A stretch of 46,288 nt of DNA, the filler included, from Jimgerdemannia flammicorona (Eukaryota), in assembly GCA_003990765.1 (NCBI GenBank). It is 2 parts of 2 records of this genome, joined end to end, with 100 filler letters (N's around TTAATTAATTAA, not from the genome) between each part and the next. Parts side by side here need not be neighbours in the genome. Positions count along the whole stretch, not along the records: positions 1 to 23,094 come from RBNJ01001158.1; 1 more part is not named here. One strand, 5' to 3'. The position numbers were made by a program, and so were the translations under genes. The notes beneath the pieces are model-generated. The model was given only the letters and a program-made list of their open reading frames with translations, was not told where the DNA came from and searched no databases. This document shows positions 1-13,173 of the stretch, piece by piece (position 1 is the stretch's first letter; every line of letters starts with the position of its first letter).

Positions 1-18
1 AAAAAAAAAAAAAAAAAA

Positions 19-831
19 GATATATAATAATATTTTGATTCAAAACAGATATATATATCTTGATAATATAAGAATTTAGATTTCTGAGATCTTTATCTGC
101 TTACAAATCTTATAAGAATTATATGATATATTTATAGCTAATTATATGAGATTTGATAAGATATATTAATATATTATTCAAGATTTCTATTAGTTTAAGA
201 TAATAGTTAACATTAAGAACTATATTGTATTCTGTGATATTTGCCAAAGATATAAGTCTAGCAACTAAGCTCCAGCAGGAATACTATAGCTACTATCAAT
301 CTCTATCTAAAATTGAAATTATATTGAAATAGAATTTATTGTCTAACTGCTAAAAATAAAGAAGAGAAGAGATGTAATTATTGTTTTTATTGATTATCTC
401 AGTAAGTAGACTCATTTTGTTATAATAATTATATACTACTATAATAGCTCCAGAAATAGTATAATTGTTTATTAATAATATATTCTATTTTTATAGATTA
501 CTATTAGTAATCATCTCTGATAGAGATACAAAATTCACAAGTAACTTTTAGTAAGTACTCTTCAAAGAACTAGAAGTATAACTCAAGATGTTTACTATCT
601 ATATATCACCTACTAATAGATGGTCAAACAGAATAAACTAATTGAACTCTAAAGTAGATGCTTAGTATCTACTATAGCTTTAAGTAGAATAATTAAGATA
701 AAAAACCAACTCTAGCTGAATTTATATATAATAACAGTATAAGTATAGGTATAAAAATGACTCTATTCTATCTAAACTATGGATAATATCTCTGAACCCT
801 CACAACTGTTATATATATAAGTAATATATAT
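19..831 (+). pseudogene. Heavily decayed Ty3/Gypsy integrase relic, interrupted by the element starting at 832
   Basis: Manual translation gives CDICQRYKSSN (~233), IISDRDTKFTSNF* (~508) and an H..DGQTE.TN*TL-like block (~607-650), with many TAA/TAG stops. Confidence 0.8.
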
Positions 832-2454
832 TATGATGAGCAATAGAATTATATTGCCAAAATTATAAATTAGCCACATACTATATCTAGTACACTAAGT
901 AACCAAGACTGCTTTACTGTATCAATTTGTATATTTAGCCAGAGATACTAGAAACAGTATGTTTACCTATACCCTCAAGGTATACTATACTCTCAAGATA
1001 TACTATATCCTCAAGATACACTATACTCTCAAGAAATACTTGCCATAGTTACAATCTATAGTTAGCAACATAGTAACCCATAGTAACTACAACTATATAA
1101 ATTACCTCAGAGATAAGAGTGAATAAACCTCAGTCCAAAATTGAATCTAAAAGTAAAAGACAAGTCTGCCTACCATACTTCAAGAGGAACTCTACAGCTA
1201 CTGTTAGGAGATTGTAAGCATTGGTTCCCTTTTTCCACTTCAGTCTACTTTCTGATACAAAGCCTTGGTTTACTTGTCAGATAAGTCTGAAGTTTGCTGC
1301 CAAGTTTAAGAAAGAACTTTACTACCTTTTGAGTAATCTGTGGCTTAAGGAATAAGCTACTATTTTCAAGTTATCTGTATTCCCAGAGAGTCTTGCTACA
1401 AGCCAGTCCTAGATACAACTTTGTAGTAATCTGTTTATACAAATGAAGCCAGTCTTGATATAACTTGCCAAGAATTTAAGTTATTTCTCAGAGAGCCTGC
1501 TGATTCAGGAAGAATCAACATTATCTAAGTTATCTAAGCTATCTGTATCATTTAAGTTATTAGTTTATTCTCAGTGAGTCTGATTCAGAAGAACTGCTAA
1601 GTTATTATTCCCAGAAGCCCAATTCAGAGAATCTACTACTAGTATAATTTCCAGTAAGCTGCCATTTCAGAGAAGTCATGCCAAATCAAGCTATCTGTTA
1701 GAAATCACATACTTTTGGAGATTGCCATACTATACAGAGATAGTGCTCCCAAATGAGTCGAATCAATTCGAATCGAATCGAATTGAGGGTCTGATTCAAA
1801 CCCTAATTTTCAAAATGCAATAACTCAGCATAAACTCATCCAAATCTAATGTACTTTAGCTTGTTAGAATCAAATTAATATGGTGAATCTAACAAGCTAA
1901 AATATGTTAAATTTGGATGAGTTTTCGTCAAGTTATTACATTTTGAAAATTAGGATTTGAATTGAACTTCGAATCGAATTGGACCTTTGATTTGATTTGA
2001 ATCGAATTGAATTAGACCCTTGATTCAATCGAATCGAATCGAGTTTGGGCCAAATTCAATTCAATTTGATTCATTGGGAGCACTATACAGAGATCATCAC
2101 ACAGAGATCATCATGCAGAGATCATCACCACTCAAGAAGGAAACTGCTAAATTGTCAGATCATCATACATAAGGAAACTGCTCATACTATATATGAAATT
2201 CTACCAATTCCCAGTTGACCCAAGAAGGAAACCCATTCATACAAATTACCACTACACCCAGAGAACCATCCCAATAAGGAAATTACCAGAATTACTTGTA
2301 GATATCCAGCTTTAACTATTATACCACTAAACACTAAGAACCTCAGGAATCTTAGAATATTTTGTTGCTTTTTGACAAAGTAACTGAGGGCTCAAGCCAA
2401 ACTATATCAACTTCCAATCTTATAATTTGCCTCTATTGAGCCAGGCATATTACA
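832..2454 (+). repeat. 5' LTR of element 1 (contains a MITE)
   Basis: Aligns along its length with 10507-11751, differing mostly by transitions. Starts TAT (decayed TGT) and ends TTACA. Followed by tttaagagctcaactgggaat, a possible decayed PBS. Confidence 0.9.
1741..2085. mobile_element. hAT-type MITE
   Basis: Termini TAGTGCTCCCAA...TTGGGAGCACTA. Perfect 8 bp TSD TACAGAGA (1733-1740 / 2086-2093). Absent at the matching site in the 3' LTR (~11408). Confidence 0.95.
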
Positions 2455-5400
2455 TTTAAGAGCTCAACTGGGAATATTTCAAAATTGATATAACTTTTCA
2501 GCTCACAAGAACCTATAGTCAAACTGGATATATTTGATACAACACTAATCTCTATCACTACAGAAGAACCAGTTATCACTAGCATTTGAACAGGAAGAGA
2601 AGTAATCACATCAAGACTTGCTAACTACCCAGCATCAGAAGGATCCTAACCAGAACCAGAAGCCAGTACAACTTGAAATACCCAACCAGATCAACCAGAC
2701 AATATAGGTGGCCCTGTTGGAGATTTTGAAGAACTTGCACAAGAACTAAAAGATCTTAGCATATAAGCCTGAGATCTTACAGCCAGATATCCCATACTAG
2801 TTCCATCAATCTCACCAATAGAACCTTTACAACAAGCTCTTACAGAATTGGAAGTAGCTCCTACAAGAATACCTAGACTTATTTCACTTCATTTAAGATC
2901 CAGAACCCCCATCCTCAGGATACCCAAGTACCTCTATTTCCAGTGACAGTTCAGAATCTGAATCAGAATCAGAACCAGAACTAGAATCAGAAGAAAGTAA
3001 TGATGAAATAGCCACCTTATTGCCAACCTTTACAGGATATCTGAAGGAAGACTCCAGAGAATTCCTTAATAGAATTGAAGGAATTGTAGCTCTGAGAAAC
3101 CTCTCAGATGAAAAAAAAATCACCATCTACAAGGCCCAGCTCAGAGAACCAGCCAGAGGAATTTTCTACTAAATAGCAAATGATCCAAATTCAGAACTGG
3201 TAAGATAGATACAAGCAGCAGTATCTTATGAGTTAGAATATGTGGCCGTGGTCCACTGGCTCATTGAAAAGTATACAGGAAATGAAATCTGCCATAAGGC
3301 TCAAGAATCTATCATGGGGATGAAGATGAATCTTGGAGAATCATCCAGAGCCTTCTTCACAAGAATCCAAAAAATAATGTATACTACTGGGTTCAATGTC
3401 ACCAACCAGGACATCATAGGCCCAATGACCTTCATGAATGGAATTCTCCTGAACATTGTTCAGCATGTCTACATCCTAGACATTAGAAGATCTGAAGAGC
3501 AAGTTGATGTAGCCCAAGGATTCTTTAATATCAGATAAGGAACTACCTGGAGTGATTATGATAAGAAAGAAGATAAAGAAGACATCTTGGTCAAAGCCCT
3601 ACAAGGACTCCTCTAAGGACAAGAGAGATCTGAAGAAAGAAGGCCAGCTAAGAAAGGAAAGAAGGACAGAAGTAAAATTTAAGACCTTAGCTCCAAGTTG
3701 GACTGATTGATTGGACAGATTGAAAAACTCACCATATGTGAAAATAGGAGCTACCAAGATAACAGAGGATACCTGCCACAGTGGAGCCAAGGTTATCTAC
3801 TAAGAGATAATAGGAGTTACCAGTAAGAGAAAAGAAGATACTTTGTCTAAGACAGAGTATAAGTTCAATACTTCTACTATGGATAATTTGGACACCATGC
3901 CACTGAATGTAACAACAAAAGAAGTGACCAAAGGGACTCAGAACCACCAAACTGAAGAATGACACTCTGTACAAGAAGACTGAAGTCCATCCTGTTGAAG
4001 ATTTCGAGGAAACAAGCAATAGTAAAGACTATAGTGATCTAGACTTATACCCTAACAAGGTTACCATCTGAAAAACAGTCTACCCAGCAGAGAAGAGGAA
4101 GAGACCTGTAGGAAGGCCATCCTGGAACATTAGCAGAAGAATTATCTAAGAAGAAGATGAAGAACATAAAGAGAAGCAGATAGAAATACCTCCCCAAACC
4201 CCCTCACCTTTTCTCCCTGAGACAAATGAGCTGCCATTAGAAGATGAAGAAATGGAATAAGAAGAATGGGAACCTGCTGCCCCAAAGCCCAAGAAGAAGT
4301 ATACCCCAAAGACTATGCCCAGAGATATCTATAATGAAGTCTGGCAGAAGATTCAAGAAGCTAAGATAGAGGTCCCCCTTCTGCAGTTTCTGCAACTGAT
4401 ACCAGCTAAAGTTCAAAACAAATTACTAAGAACCACTAGATCTAGCACTGGTCAAGTTCCTATCCCACAGTAAGAACCAGCCCTGATACATACCTATCCA
4501 GGCTGCAGAGAGATATATCAGCACCTACTTATATAGAGATATTAGAGTACAAAAAGTGAAAATCCTCATAGATACAGGAGCAGCTGTCTGTATTATTGCC
4601 AAATGATTTCTAGATACCCTCCAATGGCCCATTGATAGACCATCCAACCTCAGCATCATAGTAGCAGATGGAGCCCGAACTCAACCCCTTGGAGAAGTAC
4701 AAAATATCATCATCTCTCTGGAACACATTCAGTTCTCTATCTCAAAAGCTGTTATCACCAAAGCTGTCACCTATGACATAATTCTTGGCACCAACTGGAT
4801 GAAGAAAATGAATGCAGTTTTTGATATCAGCTAATAAGTACTCAAGTTTGACTATTGAGATAAGAAGTATAGAGTTAAGATGACTAGCTATAAGCAATCA
4901 AAGAAGAAGAAAAAGGTCACTATCCAAGAAGAATATGCCAGTAGTGAAGAATCTACCACAGAGGAGGAAGAAGAATCTGAAGATGGAAATGATCCCAGAC
5001 TCAATCCTAGGATCAACCTAGTGGATGACAGACCAGAAGACAATATATGGGTCAAGAACACTTCATTGAAGCTATTGTAGAAGAAATCAAAGGATGCCCC
5101 ACCTGCCTCAAAAGATACAAGTATACCAAGCACTTCTCCAAGATCATTGGGACAAGGAATTCACCTGGCACAGCCTGCCCTGAGTGTAGAAAAAAGAAGA
5201 AGAAATGCAGACATACTCCAGAAACACCTGTAGCCAAAGCTGCAGAAGTATAAGCAATTTGGGAACAAGAATCATCCAAGAAAGAAGAAGTTCCTGATCA
5301 AGAAGTTCCTGAACAAGAAGTACCTAAAGAGGAAGAAGTCCCTGAACTCATTCCCTGAAATGACCCTCACTGGACACTATCCAAAGACAATGATCCTTGG

Positions 5401-6180
5401 AATATAGAAGAAAGACCCAGTATAATCACCATTATCTCCAAAAAAAAAACTCACCAAGAAAAGGCTTTTCAGCTAAGAAGATGTCCACACTAAGTGGTCT
5501 TCCACTCTCTCCAAGACTACTGCTGTCAGTGCCATCTACTAGACCAACAGAAGAGACAGAGACCCCAGAGACCAGAACCTATAAACACAGTTACACAGTC
5601 AACTACTTTCCAAGAAGTTACTACCAAGTTGCAAAGCTAATTCAGAGGACAAGACCTCTTCACCTAGACAGAAGTATACCCCTTGTCTACTCTTCCACCA
5701 ACTTATGACCAAGATGGATACTGATTCCCAAAACAACAAGAGATCAACAACCAGGAATATCATTTCCAAGCAATGGAATATTGCAACCATAGAAGATACT
5801 CAGATTGCCAAGACTGCAGGCATCAGAAGATCCTTCTCAGTCATGATGTTGCTATCCACACTTTGAAGAGAGGAGATAACTGAAGCCAGATCTGAAAAAG
5901 TCAGACCAAAAAGCCAGGAAGAAGGACCCTTAAGATCTATAATTTAGGAGAAGATATCCTAGCTCTCATCAGATATGTAACCTACCAAGAATGGGTAGAA
6001 GATGCTACCAACTTCATGGAAGCCCTAGATTCTATAGGAAGAAGAGGAATCAACTATCTCTGAGACCCCTCTACTGGAGCCAGATGGCCACACCTCAACC
6101 TCAGAGTCTAGAGGCTCTCTGCTAGTAGAGCTTCAGCCCTAGGACAGTCTAAACTCAGTAAGGATATTGCCCAGTATGCC

Positions 6181-6580
6181 CTGCTACATCCCAAGGCCAA
6201 ACCCTCAACCAAAGCCCACCCAGAAGATGTAGGGTATGATCTTCACAGTCTAGAGGATGAATCCATCAAGTCTGGAAAAACATTCATGATCAGAACTAGA
6301 CTAGCCATACAGCCACCTCAAGGAACTTATATATATACAATTGACCTCAAGGTCTGGGCTTGCCAGAAAAGGAATAACTATGGAAGGAGGAACCATTGAC
6401 CTAGAATATATAGGTGAAATCAAGGTTATTCTACATAATAGTAGTGCAGAATGACACTGAATTATTAGAGGACAGAAGATTGCCCAAGCAGTCTTCATGA
6501 AGGTCAGGACTCTACAATTATAAGAAGTATCTGAACTGACTGAAGGAACAAGACAAGCCAAAGGATTTAGAAGTTCAGAC
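6181..6580 (+). pseudogene. dUTPase domain of element 1
   Basis: Motifs VGYDL, SRSGLA, GGTIDLEYIGEIKVIL, GQKIAQ and TRQAKGFRSS, with one frameshift near 6335. Confidence 0.85.
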
Positions 6581-7098
6581 AAGAAGGAAGTACATCTCCT
6601 TCAAGTCAACCACCTTAAGAGGAATGTTCCCCAGCAAGTATACTAACAACCAGTCAAACTATATAAGAATCTCATCCTGGAGCCTGGAGAACAAACCACC
6701 TTCAAAATCTTTGTACCACTTGACTCCAGAAATCTCTTCTTTGAACCCAATAAAGATATCCCACACCTGGATATAGAAGAACACACATTTTCTGACAAGA
6801 TGAATCCAGTATATCTCTGAGCAACCAACCAAAGTTGGGAGACCATCATCTTGCCAAAAGAAATCATCATAGGACACCTGGTGCCTTTTCTCAACTGAAC
6901 TCATAGGAAAATTTATGAACTAAACCTATTGGGAAATGGCAAAAGGTCCCAGAAGAAAGGAAAGGCCCCTCTGTGACCCAGGAGACAGTGAAGCCTTCTA
7001 CCAATATTGGAGAAGAACTGATACCACAACAACAGCAACAACTAGTAGAACTCCTCAACAAATATCAAAATATCTTCACCATCAATTATGGCAACCTA

Positions 7099-7542
7099 GA
7101 CAGGTAAGATGGGTAACATGGGCAACATAGGCAAGATGGGCAAGATGGGCAATACAGGCAATACAGGTGGGCAATATGGGCAATACAGGCAATGTGGGCA
7201 ATACAGGTGGGCAAGACAAGTAAGATGGACAAGATGGGCAAGATGGCAAGATGGCAATATAGGCAATATGGGCAGGCAAGATGGGCTAGATGGGCAAGAC
7301 AGGAGGTACTAATAGGGGTAGGTCAGATGTACTAGATGCCAAGTACTTGAGGTAGTTGGGGCTCACAATCCATACCCACTGGGTGGAGCAGACTGGGTAG
7401 GAGGATCTAGTTACTTGGGCAGTGAGGTCACAACTTATACTCTAAAGGTACAAGGCTGGGAGTGGGTTGAGATTGGGGTAGAATGGAACTACTGATGTTG
7501 TATGAGGATATGTGGCATGTTATAGATAGTTAATAAATGAAG

Positions 7543-7590
<48 letters not shown>
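7099..7590 (+). mobile_element. Poly(A)-tailed retroposed insertion (5'-truncated LINE or SINE-like) in the pol gene of element 1
   Basis: AATAAA at 7532 and poly(A) at 7545-7590. 14 bp TSD ATTATGGCAACCTA (7085-7098) / ATTATAGCAACCTA (7591-7604). Removing it restores the pol frame (...IFTINYGNL|PYNPLYHYIINT...). The 5' part is a 9 bp GGCAAGATG-type tandem repeat. Confidence 0.88.
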
Positions 7591-7593
<3 letters not shown>

Positions 7594-9953
7594 ATAGCAA
7601 CCTACCATATAATCCATTATATCACTATATTATAAATACAGAAAATGCAACACCTATCTGACAGAAACCTTATAGAATACCCCATCACTTAAAAACATTT
7701 GAAAAGGAGTACATTCAAGAACTCTTAGACAATGGAGTCATCTAACCCTCTACTAGCCCCTAGGTAAGCCCTATACTTATTATACCAAAGAAAGGAGGAT
7801 GGAGACTTTGTGTAGATTACAGAAAACTCAATTCAGTCACTGAAAAGAACACCTATCCTTTGTCCAGAATCAATGACCTTTTGGATCAGTTATAAGATTC
7901 CAAATACTTTAGTAGTATAGACCTTTTTGCAGGATTCCATGAGATTCCCATAAACCCTAAGAATATTCAAAAAACAGCCTTTCTTGCTCTAGAAAAACTA
8001 TTTGAATACCTTTGGACTTTGCAATGCACCCCCCACCTTTCAGAGGATGATGAATTCAGTCTATATCCCCTTGATTCACTACTGCCTAATTGTATATATA
8101 GACAATTCCAATATCTATTTAGCAAATTTCAAGGAATACCTGTACCACCTAGAGGAATTCTTCAAGCTCACTTATAAGAACCACTTGAGATTGAATACAA
8201 AGAAATACTACTTTGGGAAACAGAAACTTGAATTCCTTAAATTTATAGTTTTGAAAGAAGAAACCCATACAGACTCAAAGAAAACTGAGAAGATCAACAA
8301 TTGGTCAGTATCCAAGACCCCAAAGAAAATACTATCATTCCTAATACTAGTATCTTATTACAGAAGGTTTATTAAGAACTTCGTCCAAATTGCCACCCCA
8401 ATTTGAGTTCTTCTCAAGAAAGAAGTACCATTCAAATAGACAGAATCACAAGAGAAAGCCTTTAAAGAACTCAAGAACCACATGACTACAGCACTAATCC
8501 TTGTGTGCCCCAATCTATAGAAGCCATTCATCTTGTATACAGATACTTCCAAGATAGCCTAGGAGTAGTTTTAGCCCAAGAAGGACCTGATCAACAACAC
8601 TATATGATAGCTTATACAAGCTGAGCTACCAATCAGCAGCAGATGAACTATGATAGCACTAAACTGGAATACCTTACAGTTATATGGGCAGTCACCCTGT
8701 TCAAACATTACCTCATCAGAAAAAGATTCACCCTGATCACAGACCATATAGTCCTCAAATAGCTATTCAACTACAAGGAACCCACTGGAATCCTAGCTCA
8801 CTGGATCCTTATCCTTCAGGATTACAAAATCACTATCATCCACAATACAGAGAAAGCTCACAACAATGTTGATGTACTTTCTTGCCAGCCCCAATAAACC
8901 AGAAGAAGGGTATTCTGAGGAATTACACCCTAAAGAAAGCTCCTCAGACCATCAAGGCACAAGAAGATCTCATTTGAAAAGAACATCAGAAAGCCCACCA
9001 GAGATAGATAAATATAGAAGAGAAGCTGTGAACAACACACAAATATTGGCCCAATCTCAGAATACAAGTCTGAGATATACTCAATAAATGTGATATCTAT
9101 CAGAAGTACTAAGAAAGAAAGAATTATCAAGCACCACTGCAACCAATTGCACCACTAGATAACATCTTTCAGAGATGGAGAATAGACATAATTGGACCTC
9201 TACCAGTTACACCAAAAAGAAACAAATACATCCTTGTATTTGTGGAACATCTGACTAAGTGGCCCAAGGCTTTTCCAATGAAAATTGCAGATGTCTTAAC
9301 CATTGTAGGTCTTCTCTATGGACTCACACTCAGATATGGACCCTCAGAAGAACTCATCTCTGACTAAGGCACAGAATTCATCAATAACATAATTATAAGT
9401 TATACCTGAATTCATAAGATCTACCTCAAATAGATTACATCATACTACTCTCAGACCAATGGCATAATAGAAAGAATGAACCAGACCATCAAGAAAGAAC
9501 TTGTCTAAGTCAATCCTACTAATTGGGACCTCTGCTTACCTGAGATCCTATGGGAAATTCAGAATATCCCTGCTGCCTCCACCAAACAAAAGCCATTCAA
9601 CATGATGTTTGCTAAGAAAACCAGAACTGCTGATCATGAGAATCTCAGAGACCTCCTCAAGAAGGCAGAATAGTTATGTAATTAAGCTCAAGGTCAGATT
9701 ATCAAAGCCCAAGAAAGACAAAAGAAGCATTATAACCAAAAACAGAAGGATCAGGAGATCAAGATTGGAGATCAAGTACTAGTTTGGAGAAGTATGATTG
9801 AAATAAATTTTGCTACCAAATTGGAACTCAAATGGAAAGAATCTTATCTTATACACAATATCAGAGGAGCCAGCATCTATTTAAGAAGTATGGATGGATG
9901 AACTCTCAGAACACCAGTACATATAAATTGCCTCAAGATATACCTCTCTTATT

Positions 9954-10454
9954 ATGAATCAGACAATTGACCAGTACCTCCAGATCTTTATTCTGAGTTT
10001 ATTCCAATCACTTCCAGTTTCTCTTCCACAATTCCAACAAGCCAATGGAAACCCCCTTCAGTGAATCAAGATCCATCAAGAGAACCTCACTTTGGCCAGA
10101 TATTTACTGCAAGTCCATCAGCTGCAGGTCTACTATGCAATTGGAGAACAGTTGCAGAACCTCCCAGCTGCAGACCTGACCTATATCAGAAACTCTACTG
10201 GCCTCACTCAGAAAAATACCATTGCTGCAGACAGATTGTATACAATCTACAAACAAAATATCTCAGCCTTGACACAAGCACAATTCCTTCTGAATGATAT
10301 TCAGAATATGAATCTTGCTACTTACTGGAGCATTATCAACCATATCAAAATCCTGTTTTCAGAAGAAGAAGAAGAACCTATTGAGTGGAGTGACTCTGAC
10401 CCAAATGAAGATACTGGTTCAGGTATTGATGCTGAAGATACTTATGTATATTGA
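9954..10454 (+). pseudogene. Accessory ORF of unknown function between integrase and the PPT of element 1
   Basis: ATG at 9954 is in frame with the 10092-10454 ORF. There is a single internal TGA (10062, plausibly from CGA) and an acidic C-terminus. Confidence 0.55.
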
Positions 10455-10506
10455 AATGATGACTAAAGAATTGTCTGAGAGCAGACCATTCTTTAGTGGG
10501 GGCTGA

Positions 10507-11751
10507 TGTAACAAGTAACAGATTGTATCACTGAAATCATAAATTAGCTACATACTATATCTAGTACACTAAGCAACCAAGACTGCTTTACTGTGCCAAC
10601 CTGTATATTTAGCCAGAGATACCAGGAACAGTATGTTTACCTATACCCTCAAGATACACCATACTCTTAAGATATACTATACCCTCAAGGTACACTGTAT
10701 CCTCAAGAAACACTTATCATAGTTAGCAATCTATAGTTAGCAACATAGTAATCTATAGCAACCACAACTGTATAAATTACTCCAGAGACAAGAGTGAATA
10801 AACCTCAGTCTAAAATTGAATCCAAAAGCAAAAAACAAGTCTGCCTACTACACTTTGAGAGGAACTCTATAGCCACTGTTAGGAGATTGTAAGCATTGGT
10901 TCCCTTTTTCCACTCTGGTCCACTTTCTGATACAAAGCCTTGATTCACTTGCCAGATAATCCTGAAGTTTGCTGTCAAGTTCAAGAAAGAACTTCACTGT
11001 CTTTTGAGTAATCTGCTGCTTAAGAAATAAGCTGCTGTTTTTAAGTTATCCACATTCCCAAAGAGTCTTATCACAAGCCAGTCCTAGACATAACTTCACA
11101 GTGATCCATTTGTGCAAACAAAGCTAGTCTTGATATAACTTGCTAAGAATCTGAATTATTTTCCAGAGAGTCTACTGATTCAGGAAGAATCCATGTCATC
11201 TGAGTTATCCGAGCTATCTGTACTATTCAAGTTATTAGTTTATTCCCAGTGAGCCTGATTCAGAAGAACTGCTAAGTTATTATTCCCAGAAGCCTAATTC
11301 AGAGAATTTGCCACTAGTATAATTTCCAGTAAGCTGTCATTTCAGAGAAGCTATACCAAATTAAGCCATCTACCAGAAATTACATACTTTTGGAGATTGC
11401 TGCACTACATAGAGATCATTATGCAGAGATCATCACCACTTAAAAAGGAAACTGCTAAATTGCCAGATTGTCATATATAAGGAAACTGCTTGCACTATAC
11501 ACAAAATTCTACCAATTCTCAGTTGACTCAAGAAGGAAACCCATTCGTACAAATTGCTGCTACATCTATAATAAGGAAATCATCAGAATTGCTTGCAGAT
11601 ATCCAGCTTTGACTATTATACTACTAAACACTAAGAATCTCAGGAATCTTAGAATATTTTATTACTTTTTAACAAAGTAACTGGGGGCTCAAGCCAAACT
11701 ACATCAACCCCCAACCTTGTAATTTGCCTCTATTGAGCCAGGTATATTATA
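10507..11751 (+). repeat. 3' LTR of element 1
   Basis: Starts TGTAAC after the purine tract and ends TTATA (decayed TTACA). TATAAA at ~10771 and AATAAA at ~10797. Homologous to 832-2454. Confidence 0.9.
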
Positions 11752-11852
11752 ATATCATCTTTTAAGTAGTCTAATATACTACTCTTCAGTTTTATAAGTA
11801 CTTAGAGTTTATACTAAATCTAATGAGTAAGCTTAGATAAAAAAGAGAAAAA

Positions 11853-12277
11853 TATAATAAATCATTATATATCTATAAACTATCAGAATTTCCAACTAGC
11901 AGTTATATATAGATATCAAATATAATATAACTATATAGATATATCCAGTATAATATTTAGTCATAGCTTTGAATCTATATAAATATTTTATACTAAATAT
12001 ATTATAATCTCAGCTCTGCTTTTTTCTCTTAAGAATAAATCAGTATTCTTACTTAAAAATTCCCAGACTCAACTTATTAATGATTCTGTACCTAATCAAC
12101 TTGAGATACAAGTATGGTACTTTTTAATACAAAAACTCAAAAATAATAATTAGATTATACTACTGCAACAGGTAATTAAAACTCAGTACTTTCTCATAAG
12201 AACTCAGAACTTAGAGCTGATAGTTAATCCTAATTATCTATAATTTATAAATTCTATCAGTATATAGTTTTATTATA
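11853..12277 (+). repeat. Decayed LTR, probably the 3' LTR of the relic at 19-831
   Basis: Preceded by the purine tract AAAAAAGAGAAAAA, with TATAATA...TATTATA termini. About 430 bp direct homology with 16993-17430. Confidence 0.65.
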
Positions 12278-13031
12278 TATATATATCAGATAATAATAAA
12301 TAATACTACTAATAAAATAAAAATAATATATATTATATCTATACTTTTATATATTTTAATAAAAAAGAAGATTATTATCAAAAAGACTATTAATAAGATA
12401 TATCTCTTTTGTCTCTATATTATTAGTAAAAAGAATAACTTTAATAATTAGTTATATAAAGTTATTAATAATCTCACTGTTATATAAAAATTAATAAGTT
12501 TTTATAGAAATCTAGAGAGAAGAGTATTCAAAAGAAGTATAATAAAAAGAAGAAAATGAGAAGATACTTATATGAGCTTAGTCAGTATATACTAAATTGT
12601 AAAAAAAAAAAACAAGTTATAGAGATAAATATAATTTAAGAGTTTAGAATACTATAATATATAATTTGTTTTAGCAGTCTCTTTACTGAATAGAAAATAA
12701 TCTACCTTATTATGATACATTAGAGATCATCATTACTGTTCTGTGCTTAATTATTGATCATTATTCATTCTGAACTCAGTTGCTCTTCATTACCATTCTG
12801 TATTTAGTCAGCCATTATCTGTTGTCCATTATCCATCCATCCTCCAACTCATTATAAGTAAACTAGCTTTGGTAGTAAATATGTTGTTATTTTATAATAA
12901 TAAAAAGAGAATTAAGATACGTCCATAGGCGAGCTGAATTTGAAGACACATGCATCGAAAATATTAGCATTTACAACTCCACGCATCTAGGAACATCTGT
13001 ATCGGGGCATTGGAAACATTGGCATTGGGGC

Positions 13032-13173
13032 CATCATGTATCCCGACTGACACTCTAGGTGACATCTGGCGTCTTGGACATCTACGACATCTGAACATCT
13101 GCATCGGGGACATCGTGCATCCCGACTGACACTCTAGGTGACATCTAGCATCTAGGACATCTACGATATCTGA
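13032..13173. repeat. Two-copy direct repeat with a 79 bp period
   Basis: ATCCCGACTGACACTCTAGGTGACATCT at ~13040 and ~13119, set among GACATCT/ACATCT sub-repeats. Confidence 0.8.

Larger units (their letters stand above)
2540..9970 (+). pseudogene. gag-pol pseudogene of element 1 (gag, protease, dUTPase, RT, RNase H, integrase)
   Basis: Protease ILIDTGAAVC (4562). [27 protein letters not shown] (~7755-7830) and VYIDN (decayed YxDD, ~8092). RNase H FILYTDTS (~8527). Integrase ISD*GTEF (~9355) and SQTNGIIERMN (~9448). Many stops and frameshifts; start is approximate. Confidence 0.9.
832..11751 (+). mobile_element. Full-length decayed Ty3/Gypsy LTR retrotransposon with dUTPase (element 1)
   Basis: Paired LTRs at 832-2454 and 10507-11751. 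Possible 4 bp TSD ATAT (828-831 / 11752-11755). Purine-rich tract AGTGGGGG before 10507. Domain order gag-PR-dUTPase-RT-RH-IN. Confidence 0.92.

Noticed and set aside
7082..7312. Collagen-like or Gly-rich small proteins in the ORF track
   Set aside because: They are by-products of a 9 bp tandem repeat in the retroposed insertion.
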